This document shows positions 6,848 to 18,196 of a DNA stretch of 64,000 bases, piece after piece; position 1 is the first letter of the stretch, and every line of letters starts with the position of its first letter. The position numbers and the translations under genes are program-made. The notes under the pieces are model-generated. The model ran no database searches, was not told where the DNA came from, and was given only the letters and a program-made list of their open reading frames with translations. This stretch comes from an uncultured Eubacteriales bacterium (lineage in GTDB: Bacteria; Bacillota; Clostridia; Lachnospirales; Lachnospiraceae): NCBI GenBank assembly GCA_963929865.1, contig CAWVKK010000047.1:11055-75054 (forward strand). Direction: 5' to 3'.

Positions 6848-9793
6848 TTATCTCTTCTTCGCCTTCTTTTTTGTGATCAGTCCCACTGTCATGCAGACTG
6901 CGACTAAAAAAACAGCGGCACCTGCGAACAGGAAAATTCCTATATAATCGCTTTTTCTTTCTTCCTGCACATCAAGCGCTATTCCGTGGATCTCTCCGAC
7001 GCCCGAAGCTTTGACTGCCGCCTGGTCGGCGCCCATCAAAAACGTTCCCAGCTCATTTGCCTGAATCGAAATCTTTCCTTCCTCCACAACTGCGCTGTAT
7101 CTCTCCAGCGTGCCGTTTACCGTCAGCTGAAGAACCGTCACTTCTTCGCCGTTCATCCTCTCATCCAGGTCAAATGTTACCCGCAGCGTGCCGTCCGGCT
7201 CTCCTCCGCTGACGGAGAGGCGGTATCCTGCCAAAACTGTTTTTCCCTGCATTTCTTCCCGGCGGCACATTGAATCGTACGTCGTGTTTCCTTTCTTGAT
7301 CTGCTCTACTCTCAGCTCAGGCAGCGCTGTAAAAAATCCGTTCACGGAAATCCCGTACCATTCATTCTTAAGGGTAGTCCGGCTTGAGCCTGCCGCTCTT
7401 TTTTTCCATCTGGCATATACCGTCTTATCCCCTTTTTCTTTCGCCGTGATTTCCGTCACCCTGTTTCCGCCTGTCTGGCTGTCATACCATCCCTCAAACG
7501 CATATCCGTCTTTTGTGTAGGGTGCCTGCACCGGGAGGGTAATCCCCGTGCCGTAGGCATATTCTGAGGCTGCTTCATAGGCGCTGTCCAGCTCTTCTAT
7601 TTCCGCCCCGTCGTCATCCAGATAATAAATCTGATACGTTGTCTTTTCCGTCTCGGACGCCTTGGCAAACTCTACCGCGATCGTATGGCTCTCCTGGATG
7701 GGCTGGAAAGAATAGCTGTTTTTCTCCCGTACTCTCCTTAGAGCGATCTGTGAAATTTCTTCCCCGTCAATCCGTACTGCGCGGATCTCGTATCCCTCAT
7801 CCGGGAAGATAGAAAACGTGATCGTCTGCCCCGCCGTCACCTTCTGCTGCCCAAGAGGATTGATGTCTCCATGTCCTCCTGCGCTGGAGGTGACGACATA
7901 AAAGGTTTCCTCCGGCTCTTTTTTTGTAAACGCCGCGCTGATCTGATGGTCAGCGCTCACCTGATAAAAGGTATAGGAGAGCGTCGTCTTTAACAGCTCC
8001 AGCTCTGTCTCTGCGACAGCCGTTCCGTCAATGCTCAGCTGTGCCAGCTCATATCCCTGGTCGGGAATGATCTGAAAAATAACGTCAGATCCCGCCTGTA
8101 CCGTGACAGAACCGCTTCCGTCTCCGCTCATATCCAGGACGGGCTGAAGACTTCCCCCTTCGCCTGCTGAGAAAGAAATCTGACACGAACTTTTGGAAAA
8201 GATAACTTCCAGGGTGTGATTTCCCTGAATCTGCGCAAACGTATAGCTCTGCGACGCCTTTACGCCTGCCAGTTCTTCGTTTGAAATACTCGCCCCGTCG
8301 ACCAGAATCTGTGAGATCTCGTATCCGGTATCCGGGATGACAAAAAGCTGGCATGTCTGTCCCAATTCCGCGGGGACGCTCATGGTTCCGTTTGTCACGC
8401 CGTTGAGCCAGTCCTGCGTATAGACAGTCCCTCCTGTTCCCGCCGTCACAGAAATCGTACTCTTCTGGGATGCGTCCGTTCCAAAGGAGGCATAAACGCT
8501 GTGGTCCGCCTGCACCTGCCACAGGGTAAAGCTGTTTGTATTCCTTGCCGACTGCAGCTCCTGATCGGAAATCGGAGCGCCGTCAACCCAGATTTGCTGC
8601 AGCTGATATCCCTCATACGGATAGAAAAACAGACTTACGCTCTGCCCCTGCGGCACATAGACGACGCCGTCCTCTGACGTTGTAAGTCCCGGAGAAGTCT
8701 CCACTGTTCCGCCTCCTTCAACCGTGACGGATACCCGATGCGTCTCTTCATTCTGCCCGGCGGCTGCAAATTCTACATAGATGCTGTGATCCTGCGTGGT
8801 ATCCCAAAGCCAAAAGCCTCCAAGCTCGATTGCGTTCTTCTTATTTTCTCCTGTCGCCGCCACCCCGTCAATATAAATGTCCTGTATCTCATATCCTGCA
8901 TCCGGAACAATGGAAAAAAATGCTGTTTGTCCTTCGGGTATCTGAACCACGCCCTGGTTTGTAATCCATGCCGTTTCCGGAGGCACTACAGTGCCTCCCT
9001 GTGAATATCCCACTGTTACCTGATGGTATGTCTGCCAGGAGGACGCTTCGTCCATGCTTCTTTCCTTGTGAGAATGGTCTTTTTCTTCCTGGAAGCTGAC
9101 CGCAGCGCCTGCGTTTTCCGTCCCGGCGTCCGACTCAAGTGTCTGTGCGTACTGCGCGGTAATCTCTCCCTTTGCCTCATCGAACAGGATTTCCAGCGTT
9201 CCTCCGTCCTTTGCGATTTCAACCCCGACTGGTTCCTGCGTTCCTTCCATTCCATATATATTTGTCCAGCTGTGATCCTGCGCAACCCAAAATTCATAAT
9301 ACCCTGCGCTTACGTTCTCATAAACCGCTTTAAAATTTCCTTCTTCTGTCTGCCGCATATCGTTCCAGACAGCTCCGGGATCCTGCTCCGTCCCGCAAAG
9401 CGCTTCCGATCCGAATACGGTATACGTGTGGCTGCCTGATTTCTTCTCCGCGCAGAAAATCACATCCATAGATGTATTGGAATAAATTCCTCTCAGGGAA
9501 TAGCTCTGTGTCTGTATCACTTCTTCTAACTGCGCGTCCCTCAGCCTTACCCCGTTGACGCTGACTGACGACACCTCGTATCCTTCATCCGGCACAATCT
9601 GCAACGTGATCTTTTCGCCGGGCCATGCGCTCAGCTCTCCGTCCGGCGAAACACTTCCATGACCTTTGCTTTTAACGGTCACAATACACGTTCCCGAATA
9701 CATCTGTGCAAAAGCAGGCATGGGTATCAAGATCAGAAGCGCCGTCATCAGAACCATTCCTATCACGATTTTGTTCTGTCTCCACTTCATCAA
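6848..9793 (-). CDS. 981-aa membrane-anchored surface protein with six InlB-B-repeat-like modules, a Listeria-Bacteroides-type repeat and a C-terminal TM anchor
   Basis: Signal peptide ...PMPAFA. Six ~90-aa modules each carry the motif P[DY]xGY[EQ]x...[IV][DN]G. GYAFEGWYDSQTGGNRV...TVYARWKK is present. The C-terminus is IGIFLFAGAAVFLVAVCMTVGLI followed by KKKAKKR. Confidence 0.75.
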   Translation of the reverse strand: MMKWRQNKIVIGMVLMTALLILIPMPAFAQMYSGTCIVTVKSKGHGSVSPDGELSAWPGEKITLQIVPDEGYEVSSVSVNGVRLRDAQLEEVIQTQSYSLRGIYSNTSMDVIFCAEKKSGSHTYTVFGSEALCGTEQDPGAVWNDMRQTEEGNFKAVYENVSAGYYEFWVAQDHSWTNIYGMEGTQEPVGVEIAKDGGTLEILFDEAKGEITAQYAQTLESDAGTENAGAAVSFQEEKDHSHKERSMDEASSWQTYHQVTVGYSQGGTVVPPETAWITNQGVVQIPEGQTAFFSIVPDAGYEIQDIYIDGVAATGENKKNAIELGGFWLWDTTQDHSIYVEFAAAGQNEETHRVSVTVEGGGTVETSPGLTTSEDGVVYVPQGQSVSLFFYPYEGYQLQQIWVDGAPISDQELQSARNTNSFTLWQVQADHSVYASFGTDASQKSTISVTAGTGGTVYTQDWLNGVTNGTMSVPAELGQTCQLFVIPDTGYEISQILVDGASISNEELAGVKASQSYTFAQIQGNHTLEVIFSKSSCQISFSAGEGGSLQPVLDMSGDGSGSVTVQAGSDVIFQIIPDQGYELAQLSIDGTAVAETELELLKTTLSYTFYQVSADHQISAAFTKKEPEETFYVVTSSAGGHGDINPLGQQKVTAGQTITFSIFPDEGYEIRAVRIDGEEISQIALRRVREKNSYSFQPIQESHTIAVEFAKASETEKTTYQIYYLDDDGAEIEELDSAYEAASEYAYGTGITLPVQAPYTKDGYAFEGWYDSQTGGNRVTEITAKEKGDKTVYARWKKRAAGSSRTTLKNEWYGISVNGFFTALPELRVEQIKKGNTTYDSMCRREEMQGKTVLAGYRLSVSGGEPDGTLRVTFDLDERMNGEEVTVLQLTVNGTLERYSAVVEEGKISIQANELGTFLMGADQAAVKASGVGEIHGIALDVQEERKSDYIGIFLFAGAAVFLVAVCMTVGLITKKKAKKR

Positions 9794-9876
9794 AAATTCC
9801 TACTTTCTTTTACTTTTTTCTTTACTTTATCACATATGCTTCCCTCATGCCAACATTTATCATTTCGATTGATTCT

Positions 9877-9904
9877 ATTGTACAGCTTTTTGCAGAAAAG
9901 TCAA
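9877..9904 (-). promoter_or_regulatory. Candidate sigma-A promoter for the 981-aa surface protein gene
   Basis: On the minus strand: TTGACT (9899-9904), a 16-nt spacer, TACAAT (9877-9882). Confidence 0.4.
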
Positions 9905-9944
9905 CGCTGTGTATTTTGCGGGGTTCTTTTCTTTGCGGCACGAC

Positions 9945-9981
9945 AAAAAAAACCAGATCAAAAGAATTTCTCTGATCTGGT
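9945..9981 (-). terminator. Rho-independent terminator of the dnaK operon
   Basis: Stem ccagatca (9953-9960) pairs with tgatctgg (9973-9980). The A8 run at 9945-9952 is the U-tract in minus sense, about 17 nt after the dnaJ stop. Confidence 0.75.
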
Positions 9982-9997
9982 CTTACCGCGCGGATAT

Positions 9998-11170
9998 TTA
10001 ATCCTCGAACTGCTCTTTGAGTTTATCCATAAAACCTTTCTTTTTCGGTTTTTCCGGCGGCTCTTTTTTCTGATTCAGGCTGTTTCCGGTCGCCATGTCA
10101 AATTCACGCAGAGCGCGCTTTGCTTCCTCGTTCATCTTTGTCGGAACCTGCACGACGAGCGTCACATAGTGATCTCCGCGGACAGATTTGTTGCGCAGAG
10201 ACGGAACGCCCTTGCCTTTTAAGCGTACTTTTGTGTCCGTCTGCGTTCCCGGCTTCACTTCATATACGACGTCTCCGTCCACCGTGCTGATGCGCACCTC
10301 TCCGCCCAGCGCTGCCTGTGCGAACGTGATCGGCGCCGTCGAAAAAATATTCATATCCTGTCTCTGGAAGATCGGATGCCTTGAGACATTGACTTCCACT
10401 AACAGATCTCCTCTCGGACCTCCGTTGACGCCTGGTTCGCCCTTGTCGCGGATCCGGATGCTCTGTCCGTTGTCAATACCCGCCGGTATCGTAACCTGAA
10501 TCTTTTTGCGGCTCGCAATATATCCGGTTCCCCGGCAGTCCGGACATTTTTCCTTTACAATCTTTCCGGTTCCGTTACAGTCCGGACACGTCTGCACATT
10601 GCGCACCATGCCGAACAGAGACTGCTGCGTATAGACAACCTGTCCTTTTCCGCCGCATTTTGGACATGTTTCCGGATTTGTTCCTGGTTTTGCTCCCGTC
10701 GCGTGGCATGTTTTGCATTCATCCTTTAAGGTCAGTTCCAGCTCTTTTTCACATCCAAAGACTGCTTCCTCAAAAGAAATCCGTACGCTTGCACGGATAT
10801 TCGCGCCCTTCATAGGGCTGCTGCCTGCGGAAGAACGTCTTCTGCCTCCGCCAAAAAAGTCTCCGAAGATATCTCCAAAGATGTCTCCCATATCGCCGCC
10901 GTTAAAGTCGAATCCGCCGAATCCGCCTCCTCCGGCTCCCTGATCAAATGCGGCATGACCAAACTGGTCATACTGTCTTCTCTTTTCTGGATCACTCAGT
11001 ACAGAATACGCCTCAGAAGCCTCTTTAAACTTTTTTTCAGCTTCCTTATCTCCCGGATTCATATCAGGGTGATACTTTTTGGCCAGCTGCCGATATGCTT
11101 TTTTGATTGTCGCTTCATCGGCTCCGCGATCCACTCCCAGAACCTCGTAGTAATCTCTTTTTTCTGCCAT
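9998..11170 (-). CDS. dnaJ: Chaperone DnaJ
   Basis: J-domain (YYEVLGV...HPD), G/F-rich linker and four CxxCxGxG zinc-finger repeats. The start MAEKRDYY at 11170 has a GGAAGGGG RBS. Confidence 0.95.
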   Translation of the reverse strand: MAEKRDYYEVLGVDRGADEATIKKAYRQLAKKYHPDMNPGDKEAEKKFKEASEAYSVLSDPEKRRQYDQFGHAAFDQGAGGGGFGGFDFNGGDMGDIFGDIFGDFFGGGRRRSSAGSSPMKGANIRASVRISFEEAVFGCEKELELTLKDECKTCHATGAKPGTNPETCPKCGGKGQVVYTQQSLFGMVRNVQTCPDCNGTGKIVKEKCPDCRGTGYIASRKKIQVTIPAGIDNGQSIRIRDKGEPGVNGGPRGDLLVEVNVSRHPIFQRQDMNIFSTAPITFAQAALGGEVRISTVDGDVVYEVKPGTQTDTKVRLKGKGVPSLRNKSVRGDHYVTLVVQVPTKMNEEAKRALREFDMATGNSLNQKKEPPEKPKKKGFMDKLKEQFED

Positions 11171-11272
11171 TGTATTCCCCTTCCTAGACATGCCACAAGC
11201 GGGGCCGCCACGCCTGCTGTCCGAAAACCTCTGTCCGCGAAAGCCCCACCTGCTTCTATCTATTGCGATTTA

Positions 11273-13877
<2,605 letters not shown>

Positions 13878-13878
13878 C

Positions 13879-14910
13879 TTACGATTCCTTTCGGTGATAA
13901 ATGTGGTCCAACTGTACCATTAAAGTCTTCAGAGTGCTGACCACTTTATCGTAATCCATTCTCTTCGGACCTACAATTCCGATTGTTCCCTGCATTCCAT
14001 CTCCTAAATCATACGTAGCGGTGACGACGCTGCAGTCTTTCATTGTCTGCACCGGAGTTTCATTTCCGATGTAGACTTGAATTCCTGTCTCCTGCCGCTC
14101 ATTCCGTTCATTCACAAGAGCGGCAAGCTGTTTCTTTTCTTCAAATGTGCTGATCAGTTCACTTGCCCTTTCGCTGTCGCTCAACTCCGGATATTTAAAG
14201 AAGTTTGTCGCTCCACTCGTGTAGATCTCAATATCCTCTTCCATCTGGATCGCCTCTGCCACAGCGTCCAGAACGCTGTTGACAATCTCGCTGTGAATTC
14301 CTGCCTGAATTTTGAGTTTGGCGATCGTAGACAGGTTAATCTCTTCAATCGTCAGTCCGTCCAGGCTGCTGTTCAATAAAATATTCAGCTTTAAAATCGT
14401 CTCGTTATCCAGATTGTGTACAATCCGGAGGATTTTATTCTTAATCACATTTCCTTCCGCTACCACCACGACCAGGATCTGTTCTTCGTTTACCAAAGAC
14501 AATTGAATAAATTTCAATTTTGTCCTGCGGTACTGAGGAGTGGTAATCATCGTCGCATAGTTCGTGTTCGCCGCGAGAACCTTAGCCGCCTCCTTCAAAA
14601 CAAGATCCATCTTATCCTGTCTTTGGATCATCATTTCTTTTATCTCAGTTACTTCTTTGTCTTTTTCTTCCATCATCTGATCCACATAGAGACGGTATCC
14701 CCTGTCGGATGGGATTCTCCCCGCCGAAGTGTGAGGCTGCAGAATGTATCCCAGCTCTTCCAGATCTGACATTTCATTGCGGATCGTTGCGGAACTTAAA
14801 TTCAAATCTGCATATTTGGAAATGGTTCTGGATCCCACAGGCTCTCCTGTTTCCAGATAGGTTTTGATAATCGCCTTTAAAATTTTCCATTTTCTTTCAT
14901 CCAGCTGCAT
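13879..14910 (-). CDS. hrcA: Heat-inducible transcription repressor HrcA
   Basis: MQLDERKWKILKAIIKTYLETGEPVGSRTI. The internal ATG at 14910 has a GGAAGGAGAA RBS, so the track ORF reaching 15009 runs through the CIRCE operator. Confidence 0.95.
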   Translation of the reverse strand: MQLDERKWKILKAIIKTYLETGEPVGSRTISKYADLNLSSATIRNEMSDLEELGYILQPHTSAGRIPSDRGYRLYVDQMMEEKDKEVTEIKEMMIQRQDKMDLVLKEAAKVLAANTNYATMITTPQYRRTKLKFIQLSLVNEEQILVVVVAEGNVIKNKILRIVHNLDNETILKLNILLNSSLDGLTIEEINLSTIAKLKIQAGIHSEIVNSVLDAVAEAIQMEEDIEIYTSGATNFFKYPELSDSERASELISTFEEKKQLAALVNERNERQETGIQVYIGNETPVQTMKDCSVVTATYDLGDGMQGTIGIVGPKRMDYDKVVSTLKTLMVQLDHIYHRKES

Positions 14911-15002
14911 CTCGAATTTCTCCTTCCGCTTTGACAGAAAACATCGTGGCTTCTTTCTGATGTTTTGCCCATCGTATTTTAAATGGCTTTCCATCCAGGT
15001 TG

Positions 15003-15029
15003 TTAGCACTCATCTTAGTGGAGTGCTAA
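15003..15029. promoter_or_regulatory. CIRCE operator (HrcA binding site)
   Basis: Perfect consensus TTAGCACTC (15003-15011), N9, GAGTGCTAA (15021-15029). Confidence 0.95.
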
Positions 15030-15042
15030 CATCCATGTACCT

Positions 15043-15071
15043 AACATATCACTACCCTATAATTTTGTCAA
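15043..15071 (-). promoter_or_regulatory. Sigma-A promoter of the hrcA-grpE-dnaK-dnaJ operon
   Basis: On the minus strand: TTGACA (15066-15071), a 17-nt spacer, TATGTT (15043-15048), immediately upstream of CIRCE. Confidence 0.55.
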
Positions 15072-15100
15072 TAGGAATTTTAAATTTTTTTCTTTTTCTT

Positions 15101-15571
15101 TTATTCGACCGGTTTGCACACGTCTATCCATCCTGCCGCCCCGGAACACGTCTCAAGCTCCTGGCATGTCAGCTCTATCGCGCTGTTGCTGCTCCCCGCC
15201 GCCGGAAAGACCGTCTCAAACCGCTTCAGCGATTCATCTAAATACACCTCTATGCCCTTGGGAACAGCGAACGGACACACTCCTCCTATGGCGTGACCAG
15301 TCAGCTGGATCACCTCGGCGGCGCTCAGCATCTTTGCCTTCATCCCAAATGTCTTCTTAAATTTCGGATTGTCTATCTTCTGGTCGCCGGCTGTCACAAT
15401 CAAAAGACAGCTGTCTTCCTTTTTAAAAGACAGCGTCTTCGCGATTCTCGCCGGGATGACGCCCACCGCGTGCGCGGCGAGCTCTACCGTAGCGCTCGAC
15501 TCCTCAAATTCCTGAACTCTCCCATCTACCCCGTATGGTTTTAAATACTCTCTTACTTTTTCTACTGACAT
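15101..15571 (-). CDS. YbaK/ProX-family aminoacyl-tRNA deacylase (editing domain protein)
   Basis: The 156-aa product has LLIVTAGDQKIDNPKFKK...LTGHAIGGVCPF, typical of the YbaK/EbsC family. Confidence 0.8.
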   Translation of the reverse strand: MSVEKVREYLKPYGVDGRVQEFEESSATVELAAHAVGVIPARIAKTLSFKKEDSCLLIVTAGDQKIDNPKFKKTFGMKAKMLSAAEVIQLTGHAIGGVCPFAVPKGIEVYLDESLKRFETVFPAAGSSNSAIELTCQELETCSGAAGWIDVCKPVE

Positions 15572-15623
15572 TTTTATGTTTCCTTTCTTTTTTTATTTTC
15601 GGGCATTTTCCGATCGGAAAAAC

Positions 15624-16772
15624 CTACTGCAAAAACTGCGCCAGCACATAATTGCTGACGTCGATGCCAAACTCCGACAGCCGGTACACCGACGCTTCCC
15701 GCTCGATCAGCTTTTCTCTGATCAGCTTTTCCAGCACGGCTCCGTACGTACTCTCCAGCGATACGCCAAACTGTCTTAAAAACTCTTCCGAGCAGATCCC
15801 CTTCATCATGCGCAGTCCCAAAAACAGAAATTCCTCCATCTGCGCCCTGACATCCAGCTTTTCCTCTTCTCGTTCCCACTCTCCGCTCAGGTACGCTTTT
15901 AAATCTTCTGTGTTCTTTGACCGCACGTTGTCGATGCATCCTGCCGCTCCCAGCCCGAATCCGGCATAATCCTTTCTCTCCCAATACGTCCGGTTGTGGC
16001 GGCATTCATATCCCTCTTTTGCATAGTTGGAAATCTCATACCGGAGATATCCGTTTTGTTCGAGGATTGTCTTTGTGTCGTGGTACATCTGGCGCTCTTC
16101 TTCCTCCGACGGCAGAAGAAAGCACTCCTCTCCTGCCTCCCGGCGTCTTACATCCTCCCCGTACACGTCGTAAAACGGCGTCCCCGGTTCTATGATCAGG
16201 CTGTACGCAGAGATATGCTCCGGCTCCAGCGCCGCGACGCTTTTAAGCGTTTTCCACAGACTCGCCGCCGTCTGCCCCGGCAGCGCGGACATCACATCGA
16301 TATTGATGTTTTGAAATCCGCATGACCTCGCCGCCTCATAGCTCTCCAAAAACATCTCATAGGTATGGATTCTCCCGAGCAGCTTGAGTTCTTGTGCGTC
16401 TGCCGACTGCAGTCCGAAGCTGAGCCGGTTGATTCCTGCCTCCGCGTAGGCGCACAGTTTCTGCGCGTCCACAGTCCCCGGATTGCACTCGATCGAGATC
16501 TCTGCCTCCGGCGCCACCTGAAATTCCCGGCGGATCGTCTCCATCACCGAGACAATCTGATCCGCCGCAGGCAGAGACGGCGTGCCGCCGCCGAAAAAGA
16601 CGGTCTTTACACTCCAGTCTTCTTTGCGCGGAAAGCTTTTGATTTCTTCCTTCAGCTTCTGCGCATACTGTCTGTGCGTCTTTTCCTCTGCGTAAAAGGA
16701 GAGGAAATCACAGTAGCGGCATTTTCGCCTGCAAAACGGAATGTGTATATAAAGGCTTAAATCCTTCTCCAC
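15624..16772 (-). CDS. hemW: Radical SAM heme chaperone HemW (HemN-like coproporphyrinogen III oxidase family)
   Basis: LYIHIPFCRRKCRYCDF (CxxxCxxC), GGGTPS, and the position between lepA and hrcA as in Bacillus. Confidence 0.9.
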   Translation of the reverse strand: MEKDLSLYIHIPFCRRKCRYCDFLSFYAEEKTHRQYAQKLKEEIKSFPRKEDWSVKTVFFGGGTPSLPAADQIVSVMETIRREFQVAPEAEISIECNPGTVDAQKLCAYAEAGINRLSFGLQSADAQELKLLGRIHTYEMFLESYEAARSCGFQNINIDVMSALPGQTAASLWKTLKSVAALEPEHISAYSLIIEPGTPFYDVYGEDVRRREAGEECFLLPSEEEERQMYHDTKTILEQNGYLRYEISNYAKEGYECRHNRTYWERKDYAGFGLGAAGCIDNVRSKNTEDLKAYLSGEWEREEEKLDVRAQMEEFLFLGLRMMKGICSEEFLRQFGVSLESTYGAVLEKLIREKLIEREASVYRLSEFGIDVSNYVLAQFLQ

Positions 16773-16860
16773 TTTTTGTCTTCTCCCTTCCTGCTGTGTT
16801 TTTGCCGTCCTTTATTATATCACGTTTTTCGCGGAGGCACGGAATTTCTTTTTCGCTTTA

Positions 16861-16889
16861 TTGACTTTTTTGGTTTTTTTTGATATGAT
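16861..16889 (+). promoter_or_regulatory. Sigma-A promoter with extended -10 for the SPFH/Arc-like pair
   Basis: TTGACT at 16861-16866, a 17-nt spacer, TGaTATGAT with the hexamer at 16884-16889. Confidence 0.6.
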
Positions 16890-16910
16890 TTTAATATCAA
16901 AATCATGTCA
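16881..16910. promoter_or_regulatory. Near-perfect palindrome overlapping the -10 box (candidate operator)
   Basis: tgatatgatttt (16881-16892), a 6-nt centre, aaaatcatgtca (16899-16910); 11 of 12 positions are complementary. Confidence 0.5.
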
Positions 16911-16931
16911 GTATAAAAGGAGGTATCCGTT

Positions 16932-17888
16932 ATGAGTCAACAAGAAACTGCTGTAAAGAAGATCCAGGAGGAAAAGATCCTGCATCCGTTCTCGGGACTG
17001 ACCGCTTTGTGCCTGCTGCTTTTGAGCCTCTTCATCTGCATTGGTCTGGCAATCGCAGGCATCGCTGTGATCGGAGGCGCAGCGGGCGCCGCCATCTTTA
17101 TTATCTTCTGCGTCCTATTTTTTGTCCCCTGTATTGCGCTTGCGGGCTTAAAGGTCGTCAATCCCAACGAAGCGCTCGTGCTTGTCCTGTTTGGAAATTA
17201 CTACGGCACAATCAAGCATGAGGGGTTTTTCTGGGTGAACCCGTTCTGCACTGCGGTCAACCCCACGGTAAAGCCGTCGCCCTCCAGCCCTGGTCTCAAT
17301 AAGCGCATCTCGCTGAAGACCGAAACGCTCGACAACAATAAGCAGAAGGTAAACGATGAGCTTGGAAATCCGATTGAAATCGGCGCTATTGTGATCTGGA
17401 AGGTGGAAAACCCTACCAAAGCCGTCTTCAACGTCCAGAATTACAAAACGTATCTCTCCATCCAGTGCGACGCCGTCATCCGAAATACGGCGAGAAAGTA
17501 TCCGTACGACACGAGCGAAAACGGGGATGAGCGTTCCCTGCGCGGAAGCAGCCAGGAAATCGCTGATATCATGCAGGCTGAGCTCCAGGAAAAGGTACTC
17601 GACGCCGGAATCCAGATTATCGACGTCCGGATTACGCATCTGTCGTATTCGCCCGAGATCGCCTCGGCCATGCTCCAGAGGCAGCAGGCGGCCGCCATCA
17701 TCGACGCGCGCCAGAAGATTGTGGAGGGCGCAGTCAGCATGGTCCAGATGGCGCTTGAGAAGCTCAGCGAGAATCAGATCGTAGAACTCGACGAGGAGCG
17801 CAAGGCAGCGATGGTCAGCAATCTGCTCGTTGTCCTGTGCGGAAACAAAGACGCACAGCCGATCGTAAACAGCGGATCTATCTATTAA
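16932..17888 (+). CDS. SPFH/band-7 (stomatin/prohibitin-like) membrane protein
   Basis: Two N-terminal hydrophobic helices, then LKVVNPNEALVLVLFGNYYGTIKHEGFFWVNPF and a C-terminal coiled region. AAGGAGG RBS. Confidence 0.85.
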   Translation: MSQQETAVKKIQEEKILHPFSGLTALCLLLLSLFICIGLAIAGIAVIGGAAGAAIFIIFCVLFFVPCIALAGLKVVNPNEALVLVLFGNYYGTIKHEGFFWVNPFCTAVNPTVKPSPSSPGLNKRISLKTETLDNNKQKVNDELGNPIEIGAIVIWKVENPTKAVFNVQNYKTYLSIQCDAVIRNTARKYPYDTSENGDERSLRGSSQEIADIMQAELQEKVLDAGIQIIDVRITHLSYSPEIASAMLQRQQAAAIIDARQKIVEGAVSMVQMALEKLSENQIVELDEERKAAMVSNLLVVLCGNKDAQPIVNSGSIY

Positions 17889-17954
17889 TCTGATGAATCG
17901 CTTTCTTTCTCAGAAAAGAGAAAACGGTTTGTAACAGGGAAGGTCTGACAGATT

Positions 17955-18137
17955 ATGGAAGAAAAGAAAAAAGAAAACAAAAAAAAGCAAGTTCCGCTCC
18001 GCCTCTCAGTCGGACTTTGGAATGAGCTTGCCCAGTGGGCGGAGGATGATTTCCGCTCTCTAAACGGGCAGATTGAATATCTTCTGACTGAATGCGTCAA
18101 ACGCCGCAAAAAGCAGAAGCTTTCCGATGACAAATAA
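17955..18137 (+). CDS. Arc/MetJ-type ribbon-helix-helix DNA-binding protein
   Basis: The 60-aa product has VPLRLSVGLWNELAQWAEDDFRSLNGQIEYLL, matching the Arc-like pattern of a beta-strand followed by the RSxNxEI helix. Confidence 0.7.
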   Translation: MEEKKKENKKKQVPLRLSVGLWNELAQWAEDDFRSLNGQIEYLLTECVKRRKKQKLSDDK

Positions 18138-18196
18138 AAACAGATGCTGCGGCGCCGGTATTTTGAAAAAGCCTGACTGCCGCAGCATCTGTTTTA
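18136..18196. terminator. Bidirectional terminator shared by the Arc-like gene and lepA
   Basis: A 12-bp perfect stem: cagatgctgcgg (18141-18152) pairs with ccgcagcatctg (18180-18191), flanked by an A-run and a T-run. Confidence 0.75.

Noticed and set aside
7589-9691. Periodic repetition that could suggest a CRISPR array or VNTR
   Set aside because: The period is about 280 nt and the units are conserved mainly at the protein level (the P-D-x-G-Y-E module). They sit inside one long ORF, and there are no short identical direct repeats with unique spacers. I found no CRISPR array anywhere in the window.
15574-16005. 143-aa minus-strand ORF overlapping hemW in another frame, and ORF 17148-17639 antisense to the SPFH gene
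   Set aside because: They overlap confidently assigned genes, have Arg/Gly-rich composition typical of off-frame translation of GC-richer coding DNA, and lack an RBS.
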